Virus record (IMG/VR): IMGVR_UViG_3300027788_000008
Location: 1 to 64,000 of that record
Source of the DNA: a virus
DNA: 64,000 nucleotides
Strand: one strand, 5' to 3'
Shown here: positions 1 to 8,302 of the stretch, in pieces
Layout: each line of letters begins with the position of its first letter
Numbering within the stretch: the first letter of the stretch is position 1
Notes under the pieces: model-generated
The model's database searches: none
What the model saw: only the letters and a program-made list of their open reading frames with translations
What the model was told of the DNA's origin: nothing
Position numbers and translations under genes: made by a program

Positions 1-165
1 GTCTGCGCCAAACCGACAGACGTCTTTATATGCAACGCAAACTTCGACAACATCGAAGAGTATTATCCTTGGCCAATAGAAGTCCGTGACTCTTTCACGA
101 CCATCCAGAAAGAACGTGGTTGTCTGTCCAAGCACAACTACAACGAGAATTATAGGATACTATGA
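1..165 (+). CDS. 3' end of a probable glycosyltransferase (partial)
   Basis: Open frame from base 1 (VCAKPTDVFIC...YYPWPIEVRDSFTTIQ...HNY) ends at TGA overlapping the next ATG; adjacent to GT-like genes. Confidence 0.5.
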   Translation, partial: VCAKPTDVFICNANFDNIEEYYPWPIEVRDSFTTIQKERGCLSKHNYNENYRIL

Positions 166-815
166 ACGGATGCTTTGTAACAGGATGTGACAAGAATACC
201 GAATGGCAGATGCCTTGGTTTTTGGATAATTATAACAAGCACTGCGACCTCCCATTATTCATATCAGACTTCGGTATGACTCAAGGTATGCTCGAGAAAG
301 TTTCTGGTTCTGCTCATCGCATTATAACATGTTCCTCGAACGGTTGGTTCTCGAAGATAGAAGCGATGTTGGAGGCATCACACCAAGAGTTTAATAGAGT
401 CTGCTGGATAGACACCGACTGTCAAGTCATGGCAGACCCCAAATCAATATTCAACTATGTTGTTCATAATAAACTGACGATGGTCAAAGATCACCCTTGG
501 AGTTTGCGAAGACCGCAAGAAGGAGACTGGCATAATACTGGTGTTGTTGCGTTCGAAGGAAGACCACCTGTTCTTCGTATGTGGTTAACTGAATCGCAGA
601 ATCAGTTTAGGTATCGCGGCGACCAAGAATCGATGCATGGACTTATAGATGGCGACCCTATTCGTAAGATGATGCTGATAGCAGATGCTCCCCACAGGTT
701 TAATGTTCTTAGAATAGACCATATAGATAAAAATGTTCCGAAAAATCCAGTGATACTGCATTGGACTGGTGAGAAAGGCAATGATGAAATTAGGAGGCAG
801 ATGAAAATAGTATGA
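162..815 (+). CDS. GT-A fold (GT8-like) glycosyltransferase
   Basis: WIDTDC (DxD), HNTGVV, GDQE and ILHWTG motifs. Confidence 0.7.
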   Translation: MNGCFVTGCDKNTEWQMPWFLDNYNKHCDLPLFISDFGMTQGMLEKVSGSAHRIITCSSNGWFSKIEAMLEASHQEFNRVCWIDTDCQVMADPKSIFNYVVHNKLTMVKDHPWSLRRPQEGDWHNTGVVAFEGRPPVLRMWLTESQNQFRYRGDQESMHGLIDGDPIRKMMLIADAPHRFNVLRIDHIDKNVPKNPVILHWTGEKGNDEIRRQMKIV

Positions 816-1435
816 AGAAGGTCCACATACTAGGAAACGGGGACATGTGTGAGATGATGCCAGAGTCCACTAGGTTCAAACGAGAAGGAAAGTTGATTGT
901 ATGCAACAAACCACCATTTGAAGTCGGCGACGTCTACGCCACCTGTATAGTCGACTTCAAAATGTGCGCCGCACTTTTCGAAAGATCTATCGTTCTTGAC
1001 GAATACTCTTGGATCTGCGGCACCCGTCCCAAAATGTTCATGGAATCGAATCCCTCTTTTAGTATGAAGCACTCATCGCATATTCGCGAATTCTACACCA
1101 CAATTCCTTCTTATGCAGGAAAAGGCAATCAAGGCGCAACAAACCTCAACTGTGGCCATCTCGCAACTCATTATGCGGCCACCCGACACAAACCCGATGA
1201 GATCCACATGTACGGTTTCGACTCGATCTTCGACCACAACATGAGATCCTATACGGACATTGTTCTAAACAGCGACCGCACCGACATCAATAATTATCGC
1301 CTTCTCGATATCTGGCGTCCCATTTGGAACGGCATTTTCAATGAGTTTAAAGACATCAAATTCGTCCTATATCACAAGCACCCCAACACCAAAATACCCA
1401 CACCCTCCAATGTGGAATTCGTCACCTCAACGTAA
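812..1435 (+). CDS. Rossmann-type transferase-like protein (Maf/DUF115/GT29-like)
   Basis: ILGNG, IVCN, NCGHLA and IHMYGFD motif series. Confidence 0.45.
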   Translation: MKKVHILGNGDMCEMMPESTRFKREGKLIVCNKPPFEVGDVYATCIVDFKMCAALFERSIVLDEYSWICGTRPKMFMESNPSFSMKHSSHIREFYTTIPSYAGKGNQGATNLNCGHLATHYAATRHKPDEIHMYGFDSIFDHNMRSYTDIVLNSDRTDINNYRLLDIWRPIWNGIFNEFKDIKFVLYHKHPNTKIPTPSNVEFVTST

Positions 1436-1523
1436 GTTGTTGATTCTATTCAGTTTTTCAGACTTTGTCTTTGTACCCTCATCGCGCTATAATGGTTGCA
1501 GTTGAGAGAGAAACCAAGAGGAA
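1433..1523 (+). repeat. Early promoter cassette copy 1 (IHF-like site, sigma70 promoter, RBS)
   Basis: About 90 bp near-identical to 1746-1840; TTGTCT(1465)-17 bp-TATAAT(1488). Confidence 0.85.
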
Positions 1524-1529
1524 GTGAGT

Positions 1530-1748
1530 ATGAAAAACGAAGTCACAGCATATGGTATCCTAAAAGCACTTGGCGAGTCCAACTCGTCTTTGAATGCACA
1601 TGCTATCGCAGTGTTAGCGAACATCGATACTACCAGCGAGAACCTCCAGAAGATCAAAGACGAATTGTATGATTTCGCTGATCTGGGATTCGTGGCGGTC
1701 AATACTGCCCGCAATCGTAACCAACCTTGGTTCAGGGTTGTTGTCTAA
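1530..1748 (+). CDS. Small early hypothetical protein
   Basis: ATG at 1530 after GAGGAAG; lies between the two promoter cassettes. Confidence 0.7.
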   Translation: MKNEVTAYGILKALGESNSSLNAHAIAVLANIDTTSENLQKIKDELYDFADLGFVAVNTARNRNQPWFRVVV

Positions 1749-1840
1749 GTTGTTGATTCTATTCACTTTTTTAGACTTTGCCTTTGTGCCACCATCGCGG
1801 TATAATGGTTGCAAGTTGAGAGAGAAACCAAAAGGAAGAG
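1746..1840 (+). repeat. Early promoter cassette copy 2
   Basis: TTGCCT(1778)-17 bp-TATAAT(1801), AAGGAAG RBS; repeat of 1433-1523. Confidence 0.85.
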
Positions 1841-1843
1841 ATT

Positions 1844-2098
1844 ATGTCAGTAGCAGATAAAATGAGTCAAGCGTATGTCCTCGGTGCCGATGATCAAAAG
1901 AGAGCACTGGCGAAACAGATCAACGCGCAAGAAGATACAGTCAAGCAGCAGCGTCAAGAACTCGAAGCACTGCGCGAACTTTGCGATGACCAAGCACGTA
2001 TCATCCAGTCTATGCAGAAGCAGGCACAAAGGAAACTCGAAAGCAAGTTTGCCGAAGACGAGTCAGACGTTGAACAACTTTCAAAGCAAGGGAGATAG
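1844..2098 (+). CDS. Small early coiled-coil hypothetical protein
   Basis: RBS present; Q/E/K-rich heptad-like sequence. Confidence 0.7.
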   Translation: MSVADKMSQAYVLGADDQKRALAKQINAQEDTVKQQRQELEALRELCDDQARIIQSMQKQAQRKLESKFAEDESDVEQLSKQGR

Positions 2099-2101
2099 AA
2101 A

Positions 2102-2350
2102 ATGAACAGTGTATTTGTTATAGAACAAAATGTTGATTATGAAGGTGATACGCTTCGATCCATACACGCCACACGCGAGGGTGCGTTGAGTGAACTGAAT
2201 CGCAGGCATGCCGAGGCGACTGAGTTGGGCGAGGAATATCTTGGAGAGATGCAACTCGAAACGGACAATGTCAACATGTGTATAAAGAGTGCATACTTCC
2301 GCTTTCGCGATGGCGGTTTCTATATGTCAGAGCAAACACTGGAGGCATAG
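2102..2350 (+). CDS. Hypothetical early protein
   Basis: GGGAG RBS, operon packing. Confidence 0.7.
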   Translation: MNSVFVIEQNVDYEGDTLRSIHATREGALSELNRRHAEATELGEEYLGEMQLETDNVNMCIKSAYFRFRDGGFYMSEQTLEA

Positions 2351-2353
2351 ACC

Positions 2354-2560
2354 ATGAGAGATAAGATATATTTTGTCGACAGTCCCGATGACAGTCTTTG
2401 GTTCGGTTCATTCCAAGAGGCGAAAGATGAGTTTGTCTACAACCACATAGAAGTCTCTCACACTGAGAGCGTAGAGATAGAGTGGACTGATGAAGACACT
2501 GCCAAATTTGTCTCGAGCGTCGGAGAGTATCGTCTCTGGAGCAAGAAGGTTGTTGGTTGA
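2354..2560 (+). CDS. Hypothetical early protein
   Basis: GGAGG RBS, operon packing. Confidence 0.7.
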   Translation: MRDKIYFVDSPDDSLWFGSFQEAKDEFVYNHIEVSHTESVEIEWTDEDTAKFVSSVGEYRLWSKKVVG

Positions 2561-2585
2561 CATATCAATCCGTTTGAACGATAAT
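2557..2585 (+). promoter_or_regulatory. sigma70-type promoter
   Basis: TTGACA-17 bp-GATAAT, followed by AGAG as in the other promoters. Confidence 0.7.
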
Positions 2586-2608
2586 AGAGTCCATACTCGA
2601 GGAGTTAC

Positions 2609-2767
2609 ATGGCAATTGAAGTAATACTGATCACTTATGAGGGACAAGAAGAGTCTCCGTACAAAAGGCAAGCATCATCATACTCTGCTGCAATGGAGAT
2701 GATCGAGAAACTCGAGCAGGAGTATCCTGACCGTAAATGGAATATTGAAACGAAGGACGTATCATGA
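2609..2767 (+). CDS. 52-aa hypothetical protein (not in ORF track)
   Basis: GAGGAG RBS; MAIEVILITYEGQEESPYKRQ...ETKDVS; ATGA overlap with the next gene. Confidence 0.7.
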   Translation: MAIEVILITYEGQEESPYKRQASSYSAAMEMIEKLEQEYPDRKWNIETKDVS

Positions 2768-3036
2768 AGAAGAAGCAAATACCAACCAAAGAAGTTGTTA
2801 TTAGACATATGAAAGGAGGAGTTGTTGCATTCAAATTCACCAAGGCAGACGGCGAGTTGCGCGAAATGAAAGGCACCCTCCAAAGTGCACTCATTGACGA
2901 ACTTTCACACAAAGAGACATCGCCCAATCCACGAACGAACCCAGAAGACCTTGTTGTTTGTTGGGATGTGGAGAAAAAAAGTTGGCGTTCATTCAAACTC
3001 AGCACCCTTGTGGAATATTCTGGATTAACTGGATGA
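2764..3036 (+). CDS. SH3 beta-barrel protein (DUF2693/WYL_2-like)
   Basis: FTKADGELREMKGTL and WDVEKKSWRSFK motifs. Confidence 0.75.
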   Translation: MKKKQIPTKEVVIRHMKGGVVAFKFTKADGELREMKGTLQSALIDELSHKETSPNPRTNPEDLVVCWDVEKKSWRSFKLSTLVEYSGLTG

Positions 3037-3602
3037 GTGACTTCGAACACCTGCTGACCCCAGCACAAAAACGCGCAACCAAAAAAGAGCAGAAGCGTCT
3101 TTCCATGATGGAAGAGATGGGTATTGCTCCAAGAAGACCTATAAAGCGCAAGCGCAAACCGATGTCCCCCGAGCAGAAAGAAGCAGCAGTCGAAAGACTG
3201 GCAGCAGCACGCGAGAAGAAGAACGCTGGCAAAGCACCAAATTGCCACCCTGACGTTGCTGCTCTCGATGACGCACATCCGCTGAGTTATAATAACACCA
3301 AGGTGATACTCAAAGACTGGCGAGAGAAATTGCGAGCAATGCGCGACCAGAAAGATTCTAAAGATACAAACGCTCGGCGTGAGTATCAAGTCGCCGAGGC
3401 ATATGTCAAGAACCTCGCTATATACATCAAGGACGGAATCTACCTTGACCACAAATATGGTGCAAACAGAGAAGGGACTATGAATACCATTTGCTTGGTC
3501 CCCGCTTACAACCCAGATGGTTCTGTCAAAAGGACTCTCGGTATGTATTATCCAGACCTTGATGCAACATGGACAGAAGAATTTGCTAAAGAATATCAAT
3601 AG
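3033..3602 (+). CDS. Conserved hypothetical protein of T4-like phages
   Basis: Start at ATGA overlap (3033); basic N-terminus with ERLAAAREKK. Confidence 0.65.
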   Translation: MSDFEHLLTPAQKRATKKEQKRLSMMEEMGIAPRRPIKRKRKPMSPEQKEAAVERLAAAREKKNAGKAPNCHPDVAALDDAHPLSYNNTKVILKDWREKLRAMRDQKDSKDTNARREYQVAEAYVKNLAIYIKDGIYLDHKYGANREGTMNTICLVPAYNPDGSVKRTLGMYYPDLDATWTEEFAKEYQ

Positions 3603-3610
3603 GAGTTATT

Positions 3611-3832
3611 ATGGAAAATGAAGAAAACACGTTGGTGGGATTAACCCGACCAACGTTTAACAGTGTAGTCGATTACCTTATGTCAAAACCATATGGTGAA
3701 GTCTCTACACTGATGCAAGAACTACAACAAGACTCGAAGGTAATTACAGTCAGTCCCACGCAAGAAGTAGAACCCGAGCAGACTTCATTTGAGTCAAACA
3801 AAGGTGGCGGTGAGGAGAGCGCAGATGAATGA
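3611..3832 (+). CDS. Hypothetical protein
   Basis: AGGAG RBS; YLMSKPYGEV motif. Confidence 0.65.
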   Translation: MENEENTLVGLTRPTFNSVVDYLMSKPYGEVSTLMQELQQDSKVITVSPTQEVEPEQTSFESNKGGGEESADE

Positions 3833-4070
3833 GGAAGTTAATCCCAACCTCGAATTCTTGACCAAGTCCAAGTTCAGCAAGATTGTTGAACAGACGGTAC
3901 AAGAAATGAGGATGACATACATTGACGCGGTGATTTATTGCTGTGAGAAGAATAAGATAGAAGTCGAAGACTCACGTAAGTATGTGTCGACTGTCATCAA
4001 GGCAAAGTTGGAAGCAGAAGCAATGAGTCTAAACTTTCTCGCGAAGTCAGCAGAGTTACCATTTGATTGA
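3825..4070 (+). CDS. 33: Late transcription coactivator gp33
   Basis: KFSKIVE...TYIDAVIYCCE...KAKLEAEAMSLNFL; upstream of gp32. Confidence 0.85.
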   Translation: MNEEVNPNLEFLTKSKFSKIVEQTVQEMRMTYIDAVIYCCEKNKIEVEDSRKYVSTVIKAKLEAEAMSLNFLAKSAELPFD

Positions 4071-4080
4071 TAATCATCTG

Positions 4081-4108
4081 TTGACATCTCATCTTGGATG
4101 CTTATAAT
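4081..4108 (+). promoter_or_regulatory. sigma70-type promoter
   Basis: TTGACA-16 bp-TATAAT. Confidence 0.75.
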
Positions 4109-4170
4109 AGAATGTCTGGTTGAGGAAACAATCAGGCATTTTTAACACACACACACATAAGGAGACATTT

Positions 4171-4401
4171 ATGTCTAGCAACAAAACTCCATTCGAACTC
4201 AGGTTCGACATCTTCAACGAAGCAAAAAGTATACTCAGTGAGCAATACTACAGTGAAAGAGAAGATGCACTTTCTCGTCACCAGATTGAGACAGAAGCGG
4301 GAAACAAACCAGAATTTCCAGAACTACCATCATACCCATCCTTTTATGCGATCAGGGATATGGCAGCGCGTATAAACAATTTCGTGTCTGATGGCAAATA
4401 A
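4171..4401 (+). CDS. Conserved small phage protein (KTPFELR type)
   Basis: TAAGGAG RBS before ATG 4171; has its own promoter. Confidence 0.75.
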   Translation: MSSNKTPFELRFDIFNEAKSILSEQYYSEREDALSRHQIETEAGNKPEFPELPSYPSFYAIRDMAARINNFVSDGK

Positions 4402-4411
4402 TAATCATCCG

Positions 4412-4440
4412 TTGACATCTCAATCCCGTTCGGTTATTAT
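4412..4440 (+). promoter_or_regulatory. sigma70-type promoter of gene 32
   Basis: TTGACA-17 bp-TATTAT. Confidence 0.7.
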
Positions 4441-4527
4441 AGATACTCTTGGCGAATACTGCCAAGAACGCATGACGAATACTGTCAGGCAAACACAAAC
4501 TATACTTCAGTTATATAAGGATCCAAT

Positions 4528-5442
4528 ATGGATATTAGTAAATTAAAATCTCGTCGTTATGACATTAACAAACTCGTTTCTGCTGCGCAAGAGGCAGGTG
4601 GTGGTGATAAAACCGACCGAAAAGACAACCCCGACATCTGGAAACCAACTGTAGACAAAGCGCAGAATGGTTACGCTGTCATTCGATTCCTCCCTTCCGA
4701 AAGTGAAGTCCCTTGGGTACGCTATTGGGACCACGGATTCAAAGGTCCAACTGGTAAGTGGTACATCGAGAAGTCCCTGACTTCACTCGGCAACCAAGAC
4801 CCACTGGGCGAGTATAATACCAAACTTTGGAACTCTGGTGACGAAGACGATCGCAAAACCGTTCGCCTTCAGAAACGTCGACTCCACTATGTTTGCAACA
4901 TCCTTGTGGTATCAGACCCATCTGCTCCTGAGAATGAAGGCAAAGTCTTCATGTATCAGTTCGGCAAAAAGATCTTCGATAAGATCCAAGAGATGATGAA
5001 CCCTCAGTTTCCTGGAGAAACTCCTGTAGACCCGTTTGATCTTTGGACTGGAGCAGACTTCCAGTTGAAGATTCGTCAGGTTGAAGGTTATCGCAACTAT
5101 GATCGTTCTGAGTTTAAAGCACCAAGTGAATGTTGCAATGGTAACGAAACTGAATTACAAACTGTATGTAATGGTCTGCATGACATTAACCAGTTTGTTG
5201 ATCCAGCAAACTATAAGTCGTATGACGCACTACAAACTAAACTGTTTGAGGTACTGGGTCAGACCGCACCAAGCACTGTCAAAGGTGACGTTGCTATCGA
5301 CACAGTAGCAGAGGCACCTTCCGCCCCCACTGCTCGTGAACCAGAAGTTGCTGTGAGTGCTGCTGCAACTGCTGAAGAAGCAGGCGACGGTGGTGATGAG
5401 GATGCATTCTCATACTTCCAGAAGTTGGCCAACGCTGACTAA
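4528..5442 (+). CDS. 32: ssDNA-binding protein gp32
   Basis: NGYAVIRFLP, HGFKGPTGKWYIE, FGKKIFDKI, YRNYDRSEF; acidic tail. Confidence 0.97.
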   Translation: MDISKLKSRRYDINKLVSAAQEAGGGDKTDRKDNPDIWKPTVDKAQNGYAVIRFLPSESEVPWVRYWDHGFKGPTGKWYIEKSLTSLGNQDPLGEYNTKLWNSGDEDDRKTVRLQKRRLHYVCNILVVSDPSAPENEGKVFMYQFGKKIFDKIQEMMNPQFPGETPVDPFDLWTGADFQLKIRQVEGYRNYDRSEFKAPSECCNGNETELQTVCNGLHDINQFVDPANYKSYDALQTKLFEVLGQTAPSTVKGDVAIDTVAEAPSAPTAREPEVAVSAAATAEEAGDGGDEDAFSYFQKLANAD

Positions 5443-5463
5443 CATTTAAATCTGTTCAACTAT

Positions 5464-5481
5464 GGCACCCTTCGGGGTGTC
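5464..5481 (+). terminator. UUCG hairpin after gene 32
   Basis: GGCACCC-TTCG-GGGTGTC; no clear U tract. Confidence 0.55.
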
Positions 5482-5595
5482 CTATCGGCGGTATTATCAC
5501 CGTCATTAAACCAAAAATTTGGAATAGACAAGACATAAATAAATTGTGTCCAGATAATCTGGATTTTTGAATCATTTAATACATAAGGAATTATT

Positions 5596-6315
5596 ATGAA
5601 AACAACTTTAATCTGTGGGGCAGTCACTGCCGCATTATTCGCTGGCAATGCTGCTGCCAATACATTCGTTGAAGACCTGTCACTAGACGGTTCTCTTGCT
5701 GTGACATCCGACTATCGCTTCCGTGGTATCAGTCAGTCCAACGAAGATGTTGCGCTACAAGGTTCTATCAACCTTAATCACACATCAGGTTTTCATGCTG
5801 GTGTTTGGGGTTCTTCAATCGACTTCAATTCTGTCGGTAACGATGAAGCAACCCTTGAACTAGACTACACTGCTGGATATACATTTTCAGTATCCGATGT
5901 TGCGGTTGATGTAGGTTACATCTACTACACCTATCCTAATGACGGTAGCAACGACAACAACGACTACGGTGAAGTTTACGCTGCTGCTGATTGGAAAGGC
6001 GTTGAAGTCGGTGTTAACTGGACTGATGACGGTTATGCTAAAAGCGGTAAGGCGACATATGTCTTTGCTGGATACAGTCACCAATTTGGTATCGTAACTG
6101 TTGGCGCACAAGTAGGTGAAACTTTCTTGGACACTGCTACCTTTGCTAATGGTGATGACAAGTATTTCAACTTTGAAGTATCTGGTGCGGTAACTTTACT
6201 AGAAAAGTTAGATGTAGAAGTCGCATATGTTGGAACCGACTTGAGCAAGAATGATATCGGTGGACTTGACTGGGCAGAAAATGCTGTGGTCGCTACTGTT
6301 ACTCTTAATCTCTAA
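5596..6315 (+). CDS. TorF/TIGR02001-like outer membrane beta-barrel protein with signal peptide
   Basis: Signal peptide ending AAA; SDYRFRGISQS, GFHAGVWGS, ELDYTAGY and DVGYIYYTYP motifs. Confidence 0.9.
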   Translation: MKTTLICGAVTAALFAGNAAANTFVEDLSLDGSLAVTSDYRFRGISQSNEDVALQGSINLNHTSGFHAGVWGSSIDFNSVGNDEATLELDYTAGYTFSVSDVAVDVGYIYYTYPNDGSNDNNDYGEVYAAADWKGVEVGVNWTDDGYAKSGKATYVFAGYSHQFGIVTVGAQVGETFLDTATFANGDDKYFNFEVSGAVTLLEKLDVEVAYVGTDLSKNDIGGLDWAENAVVATVTLNL

Positions 6316-6335
6316 TATTTTCTGCATGATCCTTG

Positions 6336-6360
6336 AAGCACCCTGCGGGGTGCTTTTTTT
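6336..6360 (+). terminator. Rho-independent terminator
   Basis: GCACCC-TGCG-GGGTGC followed by T7. Confidence 0.85.
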
Positions 6361-6387
6361 ATTCTTTAAAAACCGCCCACCATTGTA

Positions 6388-6395
6388 TATAAATA
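6388..6395 (+). promoter_or_regulatory. T4-type late promoter
   Basis: TATAAATA, 5 nt before the gp2 ATG. Confidence 0.8.
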
Positions 6396-6400
6396 AACGT

Positions 6401-7000
6401 ATGAACGAAACCTTATTCAAAGTATACAAAGACCAACTGGAAGCAGAAGGACTGGACGCCAACACAAAGGCGTCTCGCGATTGGTTCTTTGATAAGATGA
6501 ACGAGATCGGCAACGTAAATGTTGACCGAAATGCGATACGAAGTCGGTTACCAGTTGCGGCAAACTATTTCATTGGAAGGATGTACATGTTCTTATACAA
6601 ACCAGAGAATAGGTTAACATTAAAATATTATGACAGATTCCCCCTTGTGATAATGTTGGAACACTATAAAGAAGGATTTCTTGGATTGAACCTTCACTAC
6701 CTTCCTATCGACCTGCGCCAAAGATTGTACTACAACCTCATCCCCCGTGCAACAACAGAGAAGTTCAATAATAGGACGAGACTCAAGATTAACTATCAGT
6801 ATCTGCTAGGGAAGACGTTCTTGCGCGGACACAAACCCTGTGTGAAGAGGTATCTGTACTCCGGCATAATCGGCAAGGTTGCGAATGTACCTGCTAATGA
6901 ATGGGAAGTAGCGGTCCATCTACCAACAGCATACTTTAAGAAAGCAACTGCAAGCAAAGTACATAAAGAGAGTAGGATGTCGGCAAGGAAAATAAAATGA
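6401..7000 (+). CDS. 2: DNA end protector gp2
   Basis: GRMYMFLY, YYDRFPL, GLNLHYLP, PCVKRYL, EWEVAVHLP. Confidence 0.9.
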   Translation: MNETLFKVYKDQLEAEGLDANTKASRDWFFDKMNEIGNVNVDRNAIRSRLPVAANYFIGRMYMFLYKPENRLTLKYYDRFPLVIMLEHYKEGFLGLNLHYLPIDLRQRLYYNLIPRATTEKFNNRTRLKINYQYLLGKTFLRGHKPCVKRYLYSGIIGKVANVPANEWEVAVHLPTAYFKKATASKVHKESRMSARKIK

Positions 7001-7566
7001 GCACATTTAGCACAGACACGTTGCGCAGCACCATTATAAAACAAAATGGGTTGGCTTCTAACAACCGATATCGGATTGTACTTCCAAGACTCTCGGGTAA
7101 TATAAAGGCAGACGGAAATGTAATCAACAAAGAACCCGCTGACAGGGAAGATCTGGGAACACTTTGTACCAGTGCTAGATTGCCTGGAAAGGTTCTGTCT
7201 GTTGTAGATAGAAACATTGGATTAGAACAGATCAAGATCGCCAATGGTTTTACTTTCAGTGACGCGAACCTGTCATTTTACCTGACCAACGAATACTCTG
7301 CGAGAAAATACTTCCAAGAATGGATGGATTGTGTGGTCTCGCCTAAACCGCCATTCACAGCAGGTTTTCATAGCAACTATGCGAAGAGAATTACAATTGA
7401 ACAGATGGACAGGGATAGCAAAGTCATCTATACAGTTGAATTGATCAAAGCATACCCGACATCCATATCGGAGATAGACCTAAATAATCAAGCACAGACC
7501 GCTGCATTAGAGTTGACCGTGTCTCTGACATATTCAAATTACATCATAAAAGATAACACCAATTGA
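6997..7566 (+). CDS. Baseplate tail-tube initiator (gp54-like)
   Basis: Tube-fold pattern LPGK...FQEWM...AYPTSI; synteny. Confidence 0.7.
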   Translation: MSTFSTDTLRSTIIKQNGLASNNRYRIVLPRLSGNIKADGNVINKEPADREDLGTLCTSARLPGKVLSVVDRNIGLEQIKIANGFTFSDANLSFYLTNEYSARKYFQEWMDCVVSPKPPFTAGFHSNYAKRITIEQMDRDSKVIYTVELIKAYPTSISEIDLNNQAQTAALELTVSLTYSNYIIKDNTN

Positions 7567-7579
7567 ACCGGAGTTTATA

Positions 7580-8302
7580 ATGGCATTACCGAAGATTAAC
7601 GAAACGCTGAATTTTAATATGACAATCCCGTCGACGGGAAATAAAATTAAGTACCGACCATACCTGGTCAAAGAAGAAAGGATACTTCTGCAAGCATTCG
7701 AGTCGAAGGATATGCAGATGTGTTTAGTTGCAATGTCTGACACGTTGACGGCATGCATAGACCCAAGGGAAAATATAGAAGTAGATAAACTCTCTACATT
7801 TGACATAGAGTATATGTTCACTCAACTGCGCGCGAAGTCTGTGGGGGAAACCTCTACGATATTGATTTCTTGTTCTGTTGATGACTGCACCGAAAAAAAT
7901 GAATATGTTATCAACCTTGATGATTTGAAGGTGGAAGTGTCGAAAGGAAGCAATGTTATCGTTATAACACCAGAGATATCCGTTGAGATGGCATACCCCA
8001 CGTATGCGACTATGATTAAAGAAGGCACCAGAGATACGAATAAGGAAAGTCCTTCTAATCCAGTTCAGATTATGGCAGGATGCATTGCTGCTGTTCTGAC
8101 CAGAGAAGAGAGAATCGAAGCAGCAGATGAAACAATAGAAAGCATGGAAGAGTTTGTCGGGAATATGACAGCAAATCAGTTGCAACAAATGGCAGCGTTT
8201 TTAGAAAATATGCCTGCATTGAAACATAATGCAGAATTCGAATGTACTAAATGCGAAAAGAAAAACAGCGTAGAGTTGAAAGGGTTATCTGATTTTTTCT
8301 AA
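7580..8302 (+). CDS. 26: Baseplate hub assembly protein gp26-like
   Basis: MALPK, YRPYLVKEE, FDIEYMFTQLRAKSVGE, CxxC, ends GLSDFF. Confidence 0.9.
   Translation: MALPKINETLNFNMTIPSTGNKIKYRPYLVKEERILLQAFESKDMQMCLVAMSDTLTACIDPRENIEVDKLSTFDIEYMFTQLRAKSVGETSTILISCSVDDCTEKNEYVINLDDLKVEVSKGSNVIVITPEISVEMAYPTYATMIKEGTRDTNKESPSNPVQIMAGCIAAVLTREERIEAADETIESMEEFVGNMTANQLQQMAAFLENMPALKHNAEFECTKCEKKNSVELKGLSDFF

Noticed and set aside
1433-1840. CRISPR-like repeat-spacer array
   Set aside because: Only two ~90-bp copies, which are promoters flanking a gene.
2631-3599. 322-aa minus-strand ORF and the many other antisense ORFs in the track
   Set aside because: They shadow well-supported plus-strand genes and have no RBS or recognisable motifs.
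5485-5595. Pho box upstream of the porin
   Set aside because: Only one weak half-site (CCGTCAT) and no 11-bp tandem repeat.
6251-6400. Extended starts in the ORF track (6251, 8403, 11328, 2958, 3789, 4120, 56329)
   Set aside because: They cross terminators, promoters or neighbouring genes; the downstream ATGs fit RBS, overlap or motif evidence better.
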